Part shown: in pieces, positions 1-12,492 of the stretch
Layout: every line of letters starts with the position of its first letter
Position numbering within the stretch: the first letter of the stretch is position 1
Origin: Cirrosporium novae-zelandiae
Taxonomy: Eukaryota
Direction of reading: 5' to 3'
DNA length: 64,000 nt
NCBI GenBank assembly: GCA_026023565.1
Contig: JAPETS010000020.1
Location: forward strand, 186,001-250,000
Position numbers and translations under genes: made by a program
The notes under the pieces: generated by a model
Told to the model about the DNA's origin: nothing
Databases searched by the model: none
What the model saw: the letters and a program-made list of their open reading frames with translations, nothing else

Positions 1-1424
1 AAGGAAAGCGAGAATAGCTTGTTGATAAATACGGCCAGCGAGTGCAAAATAGTTCTCTTCAGGCCGCATGCTATCGTCTCTTGAGTAGTCCCAGCTTCGA
101 ATTTTGTCTTCGAGGAGCCTTAATTGGGCAATGCTCTCGAAAGATGAGATACCTTCTTCGTTTTCTCGGAGTCGCTGGTTAGCTAGCATTGATATGCGAG
201 GAATGAGTTCAAACAGCTGATGTGCACATCCAAACATGGTTCCATAAATGTTGGAATCGCGATTGATTGATTCGAGGGAAAATACTAGAGGGTCGAAGGC
301 GACTTCTCTATCTTGAAAGTCTACCCTCAATGTGATCTTGGCTACAATTGTCAAAAAGGCGTATTGCTCGAGAAGAAAACCATGTAGATTTTGGTCGACG
401 GGATGTTTGGATTTTTGTAACTTGAGTAAGAGCTCTCGACTGGCTCGGAGATGATGATACAGTTCGCCGTGGATCTTGCCGTCAATACACTTTGAGATAT
501 TATTATTAGCGTCCCGAATTTTCTTATGTCCCAGTGTTATCAAGAATCGCGACTGACCTCAAATTGACAGAGCAGTAAAGTTGTAACAAGCAACTTCAGC
601 ACATCAGATGATTCCCCATTTGCGTATTTGGTCAATTCATGTTTCACACTACGTAGGGCAACAGCATAATGAGATCGCATCAAATGTTCTACACTTGGGT
701 TGTGGACCATAAGATGTGTTCCGCTGATTGCGAGGACGGTCTGCATTATTTTATCATCAGAGAGAGCAAGGGGTAGAATGTATGTGATGTAGGGGTTTTC
801 GGGGTAGACCCGACCCGAAATGCGAGGTGCTGTTATCTGGACGTAATGTTGAAGAAGGAAACGGGAGCCAGAGTGATCCAGAGCTTTCAATGTCAAGGCC
901 ATCGATATATATGGATCAATTGCCTGATTGATGCAATTGAATGATCGAGGGCCATGAAATAAAACATCGTTGCCTTCTGAGGGGGGGAGCTCCAAGAAAC
1001 AAGAATCCACAAAAGGTTCTCCATAACTTATCGATGATAACCTATCAGAAGTTGAACTTGGATCTGGAAATAAGAGTTGGTTGCAGACAATCTCCTCATC
1101 GACATGGGTATCATTAAAATCCAACTTAAAATTATCAGAACTTCCATTATTCAGGTTTGCACTATCCCGAGCGTTATGTACTATCAAAGGATATTTTTGA
1201 TGATTTGAATGCCGCTGCTTTTGTCGTCCACATTTGGGGGGAATTCCATTGACATCGGAAGGCCAGGAGCAAATCAAACCATTGCGTATGCAGCCAGCGC
1301 AAGAAGGCTTCTGCTCATCGCACTTCTTACGTCGCAATCTGCATATCAGACAACCAGTCTTGGTCCGAAGTACTGGACGCCTTCGGGGTTGTTGTTGTGA
1401 TGTACCAGCAATCCTTTCCCTCAT
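1..1424 (-). CDS. Zn(II)2Cys6 fungal transcription factor with Fungal_trans_2-type domain; 3' end runs off the window
   Basis: N-terminal CLICRLRRKKCDEQKPSCAGCIRNGLICSW binuclear cluster. Intron 490-557 (GTCAGT..GCTAAT..AAG) joins LLLCQFE to CIDGKIHGELYHHLRAS; frame is open to position 1. Confidence 0.92.
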
Positions 1425-2107
1425 GATGGGCCAGGTGAAGCAATCTAGATGGGCAAAGTATGAGATAACGTAATGAAAACAGTAAACGAATTAATTCCCT
1501 AGGAACTATGCCGATCAAATGAATTGTACATGATTCAATATAACAAGTGTAGCAGTGTGTTTATACGCTGTACGTTGGCGCGGTTATCATGAGACTTGAT
1601 AGTGTTAGTGTCTGATAAGAGAGTGCTTTATTAGAGTCCTGGATTATATATGCACGTAAGGTTTTGCTTTTGTTTTTTGCATTTTTTGTCTCTTTTGCAC
1701 CTGAATTTAGGAGTTTTCTTCTCTAAAACTTGGCCTGGAGAAAAGATGGAATGAATACTTGTCTATGAGTTTGATCTTGCTCAAATGAGCTCTTCTCTGT
1801 TGACTTGTCATGGGAACGGAAGCAAAAGATGGGATGATTAGGAACACATCGACTCTGATTCGCTCAAATATGCGGCTTATATAAGCCCTGAATGCACAGG
1901 CCACCGGTTGACAAGTCCGCCTGTGCTCCCGCAACCAACAAGTTTCCCTTTCCGGCTTGAACGATACTAAACTAAACCTCAGAAATTCTTCCCCCCCATC
2001 TCCAATTCTATGAGTATAATACTCCTCTCATCTTTTTTTACTACTGTCCTTTTCACAAATCCATAAATTGTAAACCCCAGTCCCAAAACAAACCTGACTC
2101 ATTAATC

Positions 2108-2922
2108 ATGTCGTTTTCCCGTTGCGCAAAGTCTGTGACATCATCCTCAACGGTTCTTTCGAGATTCGCCGCCAGCATCCCAACTTTACCAAGTTCTTAT
2201 GCCTTTCGTTGTTTCTCTTCAGTTGGCCGGACCCATCTCTCCTCTAAACGTGAATTGCAAACCGCATCTGCGTACCGACCGCAGTCCTTAGACATCCCCC
2301 CTCCACCTCGCAATACCGGAATCCCGGATTCTTCCATCGCTGGTGGAATTCCCGAGGTTAATGATACTAGACCGCCCGGCCTGACAGGACAGTATGGTGG
2401 CCATTCTGCATCCGCATCCCAGAGATTCTCCGTCGGCATATCGGAGAACGAAGCGCAGATCTCAAGGCCCGTCGCAAATGCCGAAGCTCCTACAACTTCC
2501 ACAATCACAGAGACAAAGCCTAGAAGAAAACTACGCCCCCGAAAGGCAGCCATGGTTCTCACGCCTAATGCCATCGGCCAATTACGCAGCATCCTGTCGC
2601 AACCAGAACCCAAGCTAATCCGAGTCGGAGTAAAGAACCGTGGATGTTCAGGGTTAGCATACCACCTGGAATACGTAGAACGGCCTGGAAAATTTGATGA
2701 AGTGGTGGAACAGGATGGCGTCAAGGTTTTGATTGATAGCAAGGCACTTTTTAGTATTATCGGAAGTGAAATGGACTGGATTGAAGATAAGTTGAATCAG
2801 CGCTTCGTATTCAAGAACCCGAATATTAGTGAGCCTATCCCGGTCATGCAAAAAATACATACACTAACTACTTGTGATTTTTAGAGGAACAATGCGGCTG
2901 CGGAGAATCATTCATGGTTTAA
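2108..2922 (+). CDS. ISA1: Mitochondrial A-type iron-sulfur cluster assembly protein Isa1
   Basis: IRVGVKNRGCSGLAYHLEY, QDGVKVLID and FKNPN motifs. Intron 2829-2884 (GTGAGC..ACTAAC..TAG) supplies the C-terminal KEQCGCGESFMV*. N-terminus resembles a mitochondrial presequence. Confidence 0.96.
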
Positions 2923-3149
2923 ATTTCCTTTCGCCATTAACTTATTCAACAATGACCGATACGGAGCATGGAACGGCGTTTTAGAGTATAGGCAGGCCAT
3001 CGTGCCCAAGGAGGTGCCAGTGGGTGGCGTATTCAGGCATCACAATATTCACTATTGACGGGCGACAACAGGAAATGTCCACAGAATGCACAATGGGTAC
3101 AGATATAATAATGTACATGCAATCGCAGTTTTTCATTTCGAGACAGCAT

Positions 3150-3637
3150 TTAGAATACCCCAGGCTCATAATCGAGTATCGTCGAATTCACCACCACCCC
3201 TTCCAGGCTCCCGATGAACTCTTGATGCGCTGGGTCCTTGTGAAGATAATAGTCCCTATCATCAAGGGTATCAAATTCGATCACGAAGCCGTGAGTGATT
3301 TTACCCTAGGCGCAAAAGGAAATGATCAGAGACCGGAAGGATGATGAAACATGTCTGGGTTGAAGGAAATGATATGATACTGGCTGGAGGACAGACCGCT
3401 TTACCCTCGGGACTATTATTCCTCCCACCAGAGAAGTTCCGATCAATGTATGAACGTTTTGTCATTGGATTCACACACTTTCGACGCAACTCGAGGAATC
3501 GAGTACAAACCTGCGAGTCCATTCCGTGAGTATGCTTTGATATAATTTGTATATAGATAGCATCCTACATCATGAATCTGATCACTGGTCGCTGTGGGAC
3601 TAAACTCGAAGAGAACGATATGAATAATTGGAGCCAT
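3150..3637 (-). CDS. Stress-responsive alpha/beta-barrel (Dabb) domain protein
   Basis: Exons 3637-3569, 3510-3397 and 3305-3150 give MAPIIHIVLFEF...SGGRNNSPEGKA-GKITHGFVIEFDTLDDRDYYLHKDPAHQEF...DYEPGVF*, the typical fungal Dabb pattern; introns are GT-AG. Confidence 0.9.
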
Positions 3638-4138
3638 TCTATCGGGCTCATTCATCGCCGTATGCATATGGACAGGATCTTCCGAAGACATAGTTTCGTC
3701 GTCTGTTTCGTAGAGGGGGTTAGGGTTTCGTTCTTGGTTCCTACTGTGGTTTAAGATGAGGGTTAGCCTAGGGATGATGATATTTATTAGAGACATTGAA
3801 GAGAGTCTATCGGTCATAGAGAGAAAATGCAATTTATTATATAGTCGTTGTATTGGCTTAATAGGCCTACAGTGACGTCCTTAACCCCTCAAATGAGGGA
3901 GTTTGTCGCAACGCAAGAGGCAAGATGTCAAGTCAAAGTTCGGTGACGGTGAATAACCTCCGTCTGAAAAGCTTCCCGATCCCGAGGTCATTAAGCTCAG
4001 TCTCAGAAGCACAATTCACTATTAACGACATAGCGACTACGCCATAATCTATAATCTCGAAATTCAATTATCCATCATTCTCCTTCTTTTTGTATATTCA
4101 AAATTAGATCAAACGATGAAACATATACATACATCGCA

Positions 4139-5167
4139 ATGACATCGACGCCCTCAAACCCACCACCACCACCTCCACTCCACCTAACCATCCGCTTCAC
4201 CACCACCCAACCCGACCTTCCACTACATATTCCCTCACCACACCTCACAACCCCCGTGCACCTAAAACAACTAATCCGGTCTGCTCTACCTCCAAACCTA
4301 TCGACCCACCGGCTACGCCTAATCCACGCCGGCCGTCCCCTGGCGGACAATGTCCCACTAACCCAACTCCTAAAATACGCTCCCCCACCACCGCCACCAC
4401 CTTCAGCCTCCCGAAGCATCAAAGGAAAAGAACGAGCAACACCAGACACGTCCAACCGGCCGATCCCCGGTGCCTCCAAGAAAGCCCCAATCTACATCCA
4501 CTGCTCCATCGGGCCCGTCCTACCCTCCACCGCCCTCGTCCAGGAATCCGACTCGGCAACCTCCCTAACAGCATCCCTAACCGACGCCTTTAACAACCGT
4601 TCCATCACCAGCACCAGCACAACCCCACACTCAACAACAGGCGCCGCAACTCCATCTCCAGACCCCACCACCGGGGCCGCCCAAACCAGCAACAATAGCA
4701 ACAACAATAACAACAACAATGACAGCCCAACCCCAGACCCAAGCACCACCCCACGTCCCCTAGGATTCGACCGCCTCCTCACAGCTGGCTTCACCCAATC
4801 CGAAATCCAAACCCTCCGCTCGCACTTCCTAGCCCTCCTAAGCCACACCCACACCCCCGACAATCTCCCCTCCCCCCAAGAAATGCGCCTCCTCGAAGAC
4901 CGCTGGCTCGACAACTCAACCTCAGGCGCAGACGCCCTCGCCGGCATCTCCACCACAACAACAACCGCACTGGGCGAAGACGAGGACGGAGAAGCCGGCG
5001 GGCTGGATGATATGTTGTGGGGAACCTTGATGGGATTTTTTTGGCCTGTGGGCGCTGGGGTTTGGGTTTGTCGCGAGGAGGGAGTTTGGACGAGGAGGAG
5101 GAAGGTGGCGGTTTTGGCGGGGTGTGTGGTTAGTTTTGTTTTTGGGCTGTTTAGGGTTACGAGCTGA
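4139..5167 (+). CDS. dsc3: Dsc E3 ubiquitin ligase complex subunit 3 (DUF2407 ubiquitin-like plus C-terminal membrane domain)
   Basis: LTIRFT, RLRLIHAGR, IYIHCSIG, GFDRLLTAGF, RLLEDRWLD and GFFWP motifs, with two C-terminal hydrophobic segments. Confidence 0.88.
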   Translation: MTSTPSNPPPPPPLHLTIRFTTTQPDLPLHIPSPHLTTPVHLKQLIRSALPPNLSTHRLRLIHAGRPLADNVPLTQLLKYAPPPPPPPSASRSIKGKERATPDTSNRPIPGASKKAPIYIHCSIGPVLPSTALVQESDSATSLTASLTDAFNNRSITSTSTTPHSTTGAATPSPDPTTGAAQTSNNSNNNNNNNDSPTPDPSTTPRPLGFDRLLTAGFTQSEIQTLRSHFLALLSHTHTPDNLPSPQEMRLLEDRWLDNSTSGADALAGISTTTTTALGEDEDGEAGGLDDMLWGTLMGFFWPVGAGVWVCREEGVWTRRRKVAVLAGCVVSFVFGLFRVTS

Positions 5168-5215
5168 GTTGGGAGTAGGGGGGGGAGGGGAGTATATGGG
5201 GTATGGATGGATGGC

Positions 5216-5308
5216 TTATGGTGTTTATGGTGTTTATGGTGTTTATGGTGTTTATGGTGTTTATGGTGTTTATGGTGTTTATGGTGTTTATGGTGTTTAT
5301 GGTGTTTA
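5216..5308. repeat. Perfect 9-bp tandem repeat (TTATGGTGT) x10, in the dsc3 3' region
   Basis: Directly visible; it generates the spurious HKH/VYG/MVF/INT repeat ORFs. Confidence 0.97.
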
Positions 5309-6853
5309 CGGACATAGCATGGGCATGGGGGTCTATCATTACTAGTTCCCCTGCTTTTTGTGCTTTGTGCTTTGTGCTTTGTGTATACTACATATTTATA
5401 TATATCTCTCTCTGTCGGGGCTTGCTTGCATATGCATTGCATTGCATAGTTTAGAGGAAAGGGAGGGGGGGGGAGGGGTATGGAATAGAGAATAGAGAAA
5501 GAAGGGAAAGGAAATAAATAAATCCATCGACGGGGCCCTAGCAAATTAATATCATGTTTCACAGTTCCTCTATATATCATATAACAAAAAGATAATGATC
5601 ATGTGGTATTTAATTTAATTCAAATTGTTTCGTTTTACCCCATTTGAATCCTATCATTTTTATTTATTTTCTAAGAAAATTTTTGGGACTTGAAAAGTTG
5701 AAAGTCATGTCATAAAAAATTATCCGTTATTCTGTTTTTTTCTTTCGATGTATTTGATAATGTACAAAAAGTAAAGAAAAGACAAGAACCCTTAGGGTTA
5801 TTCCATCCATTCCCTGCATCCATCCATTGTATCCCATGTATCCCATGTATCCCATGTTTATCCATATAATAGTTTTTTTCTTTTGTAATAAAATGAGACA
5901 TGTAAAATATGATATGATATGATAAAAAAAATATAAATAAATACAGAGTTTGGTGAAAAAGAAGGAGAAGATTGGTATAAATAATAATAATGTTTGAAAA
6001 AAAAAATAGTGGGTTTTGGATGGATTTGCGCGAGAGGATCATTTGCATTGCATAGCATAAAACATAGTTACACATAATCTTCAGCTCCCATCAACAGCTC
6101 CCAACCCCCTTATTTATTGCCTGTTGTTGTGTTTTGGCTTGAGCTTGGGTTTGGGTACGACCTTAGCAACTTGGCTCTTGGCGGTGCAGGGGAGGGGCGC
6201 AGCAAGGCAAATCACCACAGCAATACCGCAGCACAGGATGAATACGTAAGTAAGTAACCGATCGTTGCCGACTAAAAAGGGTTTGAAAAAGCCCGTCCAT
6301 CAACTGCTTCCTTTGAATAATTTGATCCATCCACACGAGGTTGGGCTAATTAAAACATTTATTCCATCGGCCGGTTGGTTGGTTGGTGGGCTGTTACTGA
6401 AGGATGGACGGTAATTTTCGTTTTATTTGTCAATGCATATCATGTAAAGTGGCTATGCTTTATCTGTCTGCCTGTTGGTGTATGCGGTGAAACGTAACGT
6501 AATCGCCCCGGGTATGATGCCGTGGCCCGTGGTCTGTGGGACATAGCCACTATCACATGCATGGGTGCGATATCTCATTCTCATGTTGTGATTGATGGAC
6601 AAGTTAAGCTTGTTCGTTTCGATAATATCTGGTATATGCCGAGCTTGGGTGGTCATGCTGAAGACCGATGCTCAAGGCAGAGGGGACATGGGATATAGGG
6701 TGGTGAACTATGACCAGCAAGCAAGCTGGCGAAAGCGACGACATCTCGGTGATGATGACGGCCGTTGCCGTTGCTGTGATGTGAAGGTTTGACGAAACGA
6801 GGCGATGCAAGGCGAGTTCGTGTAGTACTAGCAAATTCATTTTATTTTACATT

Positions 6854-7825
6854 TCATAGGATTTCGTGGATTCTCTCGGTCGATGACGGCTTCTCATTCA
6901 TCATCACAATTGCTTCCTTGGTCTCATTTTCGTTTTTCTTGTCCTCCCTAGACATGTCGCCATCTTCAGGCAAGGGTCCGAGCGTCCATACCCATTCTCT
7001 TCTCCGTTTTCTTCGGCCCTGGGCTGGGGTTCGCGGACTCTCAATGTCGGCTTCTCTTGAGGTGTTTTCCTGCGAGTTTTCAATGGCGGAGTCTGTAGGT
7101 ATGGGATGGGATATCTGTAGTGAGCGTTTTGCTGTTGATGACGTCAGAGACGTATGTATAGCAATGGCGGTACCGTTGGAAGGAGGCGAAGGAACTTGAG
7201 TTTCTGATGTGCTGCCTGCAGCTTCGCTTTTTGAGCTCGGTGGTGGAGAGATTGATAATCTCGAGGTTGCTGTTTTCCTGGATGGAGGCGAGGAGTATAG
7301 ATCGATATCTCGGTGGATATACTTCCGGGTTTTGATTTCTTCTTCTAGTGGAGTAGCATAGCGGACTCTTTTCTCTGCACGGAATAATAGTTTGCGATGT
7401 CCCGATGAGGACAATGGGGTTGCGGGTCGTCGAGCACTTGGAAGGGGGCTGTTGCGAAGGATAGAGCGCGGTGCATGAGTGTCGAGTGGTGATGGAATGG
7501 TATATGGAGCTTGAGATCTATTCGCATTTGAAGCACGGGATGATGAGGTTGGTCTTGGTAGCGCAAATGGGAGAGGTGCTGGCGTTATTGAAGGACCAGC
7601 AGAATATGGTTGAGATTGTGCGCGCAGCAGAAGCTTGTTGGTTAATGTATTCCGAGCTGTTGGTGAATCTGCCGAAACCGGATGTGTGCCGGGAAAGAGA
7701 AGCGGCAGCGAGGTTGTTTGAAGAGTGAGTTTCGGCCGCTTGCAGGTGGTATCACTGTGAGCGGCGGCGGCGGAGTTACTAGTCGACTCTGACGGATGGA
7801 GGGGCATTTGTTGAAGTGCCAACAT
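6854..7825 (-). CDS. Uncharacterised Ser/Pro-rich fungal protein
   Basis: 323-aa ATG ORF with short motif-like blocks (KRPKLTLQT, DSPTARNT, SILRNSPL, KRVRYATPLEEEI, RKRRREWVWTLGP) in a disordered background. Confidence 0.8.
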   Translation of the reverse strand: MLALQQMPLHPSESTSNSAAAAHSDTTCKRPKLTLQTTSLPLLFPGTHPVSADSPTARNTLTNKLLLRAQSQPYSAGPSITPAPLPFALPRPTSSSRASNANRSQAPYTIPSPLDTHAPRSILRNSPLPSARRPATPLSSSGHRKLLFRAEKRVRYATPLEEEIKTRKYIHRDIDLYSSPPSRKTATSRLSISPPPSSKSEAAGSTSETQVPSPPSNGTAIAIHTSLTSSTAKRSLQISHPIPTDSAIENSQENTSREADIESPRTPAQGRRKRRREWVWTLGPLPEDGDMSREDKKNENETKEAIVMMNEKPSSTERIHEIL

Positions 7826-9600
7826 GTTGTTGAAGGAATAGATGATGGGAGGTCGAGATGGTTTTTGAAGGAGGGGTGGTTCGTTTGTAGACAGTAGTTG
7901 AATAAGGGTGATTTGTACGACTTTAAAGTATAGGCAGAATTTGATAGTGGGGCAGCGGGGAAGAAGGGAGCGAGGGCCTCTTAGTTAATAAAAGTCTGCC
8001 TTGATGGGATGAAGGATCTTCTTCTAAGGCGAGACAAGAGGAAGAGGCTAAATCAGGGAGTGTATGAGGACTCGGAGTAAGGTAATGGCGCAAGGGAGAA
8101 GGATAAGGAATACGAGATATGATGAAAGCCTCTCAGCACTTGATGTGGTAAACGTGGTAAATGAATAAAAGACAAGAGTCTGCTTGGAATTAATTAATGA
8201 AGATCAGATGAATTTAGAAAGCCAAGACGATTATGTACGCAAGAAGACCCTGGCTGATGGGTACACCAGGAAGTACTTTAAATAAAAAAGAGGATAACAG
8301 GACAAGAGGGTCCAGCTGTGCCGCCGTCTATGTAAAGAAAAAGGATGTAAAAAGATTTAAGCTCATGAAAAGAGGCCCGATGATTGATGAGCCATGGAAT
8401 CCATGATGGGTAGTGTCATTTTTGCGCGTCCTGTTGTTAGTTTCGATAAGAGACTAATTAACTAGAGACGTGGATACCAAAGAGACCAAAGCGGGCAAAG
8501 AGGCCAAAGAGGCCAAAGAGGAGACCCAAGATGGACCAAAATAAGAAGAACAAATGAGAATCGGCGAATTGGGCGCCTATACATTTAGTCATTAAGGATT
8601 CATTTTCGGGGAGGGGGGGGGGGGGGTATCTACACAGTAGGTATCTATGTTCTACCTAGCAGTTGGGGATTTTGGCTGGTTGGATCTGATCAGTGGGAAT
8701 TTAGGCGCCTCCTATTTAAGAATTTAAGAATTTAAGAAGATTAATATTTGTAGTTAATTAATGGCGTTTTGCTGATGGAATCAATCCTTGGGGGTTTGAG
8801 GGTTTTGGGGGGTTTGGGGAAACTCTCCGTTAGAAAATTTGAAAGGTGGTTAGAGTCTGGTCTGGTTCTTGTCATGTTGGAATATAAATAGAATATACTT
8901 TTATTATGCTTTGCTTGAATAATTACAGTATTTTTGGTCTTTTTGGTCTTTTTGGTCTTTTTGGTTTTTTGGTCTCTTTGGTCTCTTTGGTCATTCTTGT
9001 TGCCCCTCGCCTTGTTCGCCAATCGCCAATCGCCAATCGCCAATGGTCAGACTCCCGATGGGTCCCGGTCCATTCACCATTCACTCAACAAAGTCCTCAA
9101 AGGACAGACCAGCTTTTGTTTACCGTTGGCTATTTTGGGTATAACCTGTTCATCTGGTCTATCTATCCCTGTCTACTTGTCGGAGTCGTGTTTGCATAAC
9201 ACCAACCTCCACAGCTCGGCTTTGGATGATGATATTATCACGGCTGAACCTGTCACAATAATTTTATAAGAAAATATTGTATGCTATATGTGTTGTAGAC
9301 AAAAATATAGAAGTAATCGGTGAACTGGCATTTTTCCTTTTAAAAATAATCATTTACTTCTAATTATTATTACCATAATTATTGAGAATCTCCCTCACCG
9401 TCTAATCCGTCTAATCCGTTGTCCATCTAACAGAGTTTCAACGCCACCGCATTGCCTCATTCGTCAACTTCAACTTCAAACCACGTATCCTTTGCCTTCG
9501 ATTTCCTTCAGCTCCAATCTCCAATGACCGATGCCAGGTTTCTTGAAACAAACATAACAAAAAAAAATGACCTCTCTGTTCCATCTGTTCCATCTGTTCC

Positions 9601-11670
9601 ATGGCTTCTTTCCTCGTGGGGGCAAAACACCTAAAACGAACCGATCAGAGGATAATAATACACTTTGTATGTACATTTTTCCTCTTTCAGTTTTTGCTGA
9701 TTACTATTCTACTTTAGCCTATCAACAATAATAAGGAATCCCTCCCAAATGAAGAAATATCCGAATACGAGCATTACCGTATTTCAGCTGACTCATGTTG
9801 CACTTACAAACAGGATTATGACTGCTTCTACGCGTCAGTCTTTGAGGCTTCTAATCCAGCCCTGTCATCTCTTCCACTTGCCGTTCAGCAAAAACAGATT
9901 ATCGTCACCTGCAATTATAAAGCTCGAGATCGTGGGGTGGGGAAGTTACAATTGATCAAAGATGCCAAGAAGACCTGCCCGGAACTCGTCATTGTACTTG
10001 GAGAGGATTTGACACCTTTTCGAGATGCATCAAAGTTACTATATTCATTTCTCCGAGATAGTATATGGAGTAAGAAAGCCGAAAGATTGGGCTTCGACGA
10101 GGTAGGAACATGTAGATCTTGTCCCTTCGTAGGCTTGTCTAACGTACTACCGTAGGTCTTTCTGGACGTAACCGATATGGTTGAATACAATGTCGACTGT
10201 CTAAACTTGAATGATCTGGAACACTCGTTTTGGTATTTGGATCGTAATGACCCTCAAGTAGGCTTCCAGTATGATGCCTCTACTGTTTACGGCCATACTT
10301 ATCCTGAAAATGCATCTCTGCCTTTGGATCTAGAAAACCAAGCACTTCATCTGAGATTGCTCGTTGGCTCTCATCTAGCAGCACATCTCCGTCACCAGCT
10401 TGAAGAGAAGAAGGGTTATACTGCCACCGTGGGCATCTCAAGCAACAAGCTGTTAGCCAAACTAGCAGGAAATGTTAAGAAACCAAGAAATCAAACAACT
10501 CTGCTACCTCCATACCAAACAGCAAGCGGCGGTCTAAACAGCAATGTCACTACGTTTGTTGACTCTCATGACCTAGGTAAAATCCCAGGCATTGGATTTA
10601 AACTTGCCCAGAAAATTAGATCCCATGTCCTCGGAAGACCGGTAACTTTTGATGAAGGTCTCGTGTATGGCCCTACAAAGGAAACTGTTAAAGTTCAGGA
10701 TGTACGGCTTTTCCCAGGTATGGGACCGGAGTTGCTAGGTCTTATTCTCGGTGGTCCTGGATCTCCAAAGAATATAGGCTCCAAAATCTGGGACCTAATC
10801 AATGGCATTGATGATACTGAAGTCGGAAAAGCCAAGAACGTTCCGAGCCAAATCAGCATTGAAGATAGCTATACTCATCTTGATACATTAGAGCATGTGA
10901 AAAAGCAATTAATTGTTCTAGCTGGGAGCTTGATCAAGAGAATAAGAGCTGACCTAACTGAAGTGGAAGAGGACGGTCAGCTAGAAGGCACAGAAAACGG
11001 AATTTCCAAGCCCATTACTCGCTGGCTCGCTCATCCCCGCACCCTTCGTCTCTCAACCCGTCCTCGTCTACCAAACCCTGATGGTAGCCATGTCCGTACG
11101 TTTAATCGAATATCTAGATCTTGTCCAATGCCTAATTTCATCTTTGATCTCTCAAAAAACATTGACTTTATTTCCAGCAAACTCGTCCAGGACATATTAC
11201 TTTCCCAATTTCGAAAGCTACATCCCGAACGATCTGGATGGAACCTTAGCCTGATCAATATCGCGGCAACCAACATGGCAGAGGCGGCAGCAGATAGCAA
11301 AGATAGTGAAGGTAGAGACATCGGGAAGATGTTCCAGAGGCAAGAGGACGTGCTGAAGGAGTGGAAAGTTGAGGACCGAGATGTTCCTCCGGATACTTAT
11401 AACGACAACGAAGCTACGTTGGCCAAGATCGAGTCTAACATTGTTGACCAAAGTCTTCCACAAGCAAGAACCACATTTCCAGAATCCAATGAAATCACAG
11501 GTTCAGAAGACCTAGTTCCTTTCCCTGCATCCAGTAGTTCCCCGCAAGCCAATACATGGGACAGCGATGATGACGAAGTTGGCGGAAAATATATATGTGA
11601 TATCTGTGGAGCGAGTATTCCAGATTTTGCTATCCCTGCCCATGAACGATTTCATACAATGCCAGATTAA
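9601..11670 (+). CDS. Y-family (ImpB/MucB/SamB) translesion DNA polymerase, pol iota-like, with C-terminal UBZ finger
   Basis: Exons 9601-9666, 9814-10101 and 10156-11670 give RIIIHFDYDCFYASV, AVQQKQIIVTCNYKAR, ERLGFDEVFLDV, VGISSNKLLAKLAG..KP and KIPGIG; C-terminal CDICG..IP....AHERFH. Confidence 0.93.
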
Positions 11671-12492
11671 AACGATGATTTCCTTTCACTAAGACACCTC
11701 TAGCAAACATGGCAGCCTAGTGTTGAATGTGTTGTTAGATTGCATCATCGGATAGTCAATGACGTGCCTTTGGAAACATTATCAGCAAAATCTCTATTGA
11801 ATTCACTCCATGCAGCTGCCTTGCAACTAGTATACAATGATTGTTTATAAACGGATGTTCAATACAACTCTAATGCAAGTATCCCCATCGTTTGACTATC
11901 GTCGTCATAGATGACTGTTTGAAACCATTCATAGTGAATTAGCTTTGGATTTTCCCCCCTAATTTATGGAGATAAATAACAGCCAAATCCCTGATTCCTT
12001 TTTCCAGTCCAAATAAGCCATTTGTGCTGGCAAGGCAGGAGGTGAGTGGATGATTTGAGAGGAGGTAACTGGGGAGGCCGTCATGCAGAATGAGAAGTCT
12101 GATATAGGGGATGAAGATGGGGTTTAGGATTTACTGGATATAATGTTGTGGTACTCGTTGTATATTGGGGAGATTCTCCTAAGCTACTTGAAGGACGAGT
12201 TTAGACATCTTTGTTATTATTCTTCAAGCGGTTACATTGACCCTAGTTTCAAGTTTGATGAGAAAAAAATTTAAAAGAATTATTTGAGGACAAATTCTAT
12301 TCTTTGGTTCCTTTCAGCTTAACTTTGGAAAATTACATTTTCAAGCTTAAAGTTGAGGGGTTTTGGGTTTCGGTCTTACAAATTACAATTGGAGTCCCGG
12401 GAACGAGATAGATTAAAAGGATGCAAAGGTGGATTGGGTATCACGGGCAAAGTGGTGCCTTTGTTCAAACACACTTGAATGTGTTCATATAA

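Noticed and set aside
5216..5308. Regular repeat array considered as CRISPR-like
   Set aside because: Contiguous 9-bp units with no spacers, in a eukaryotic genome with no cas genes.
4492..5580. 362-aa minus-strand ORF with (HKH)n and poly-Leu
   Set aside because: Antisense shadow of dsc3 plus the 9-bp tandem repeat; no independent coding signal.
8477..8990. 15-bp inverted match CCAAAGAGACCAAAG / CTTTGGTCTCTTTGG about 500 bp apart
   Set aside because: Both arms lie within 9-bp microsatellites and the flanks are not collinear; insufficient for a TIR element.
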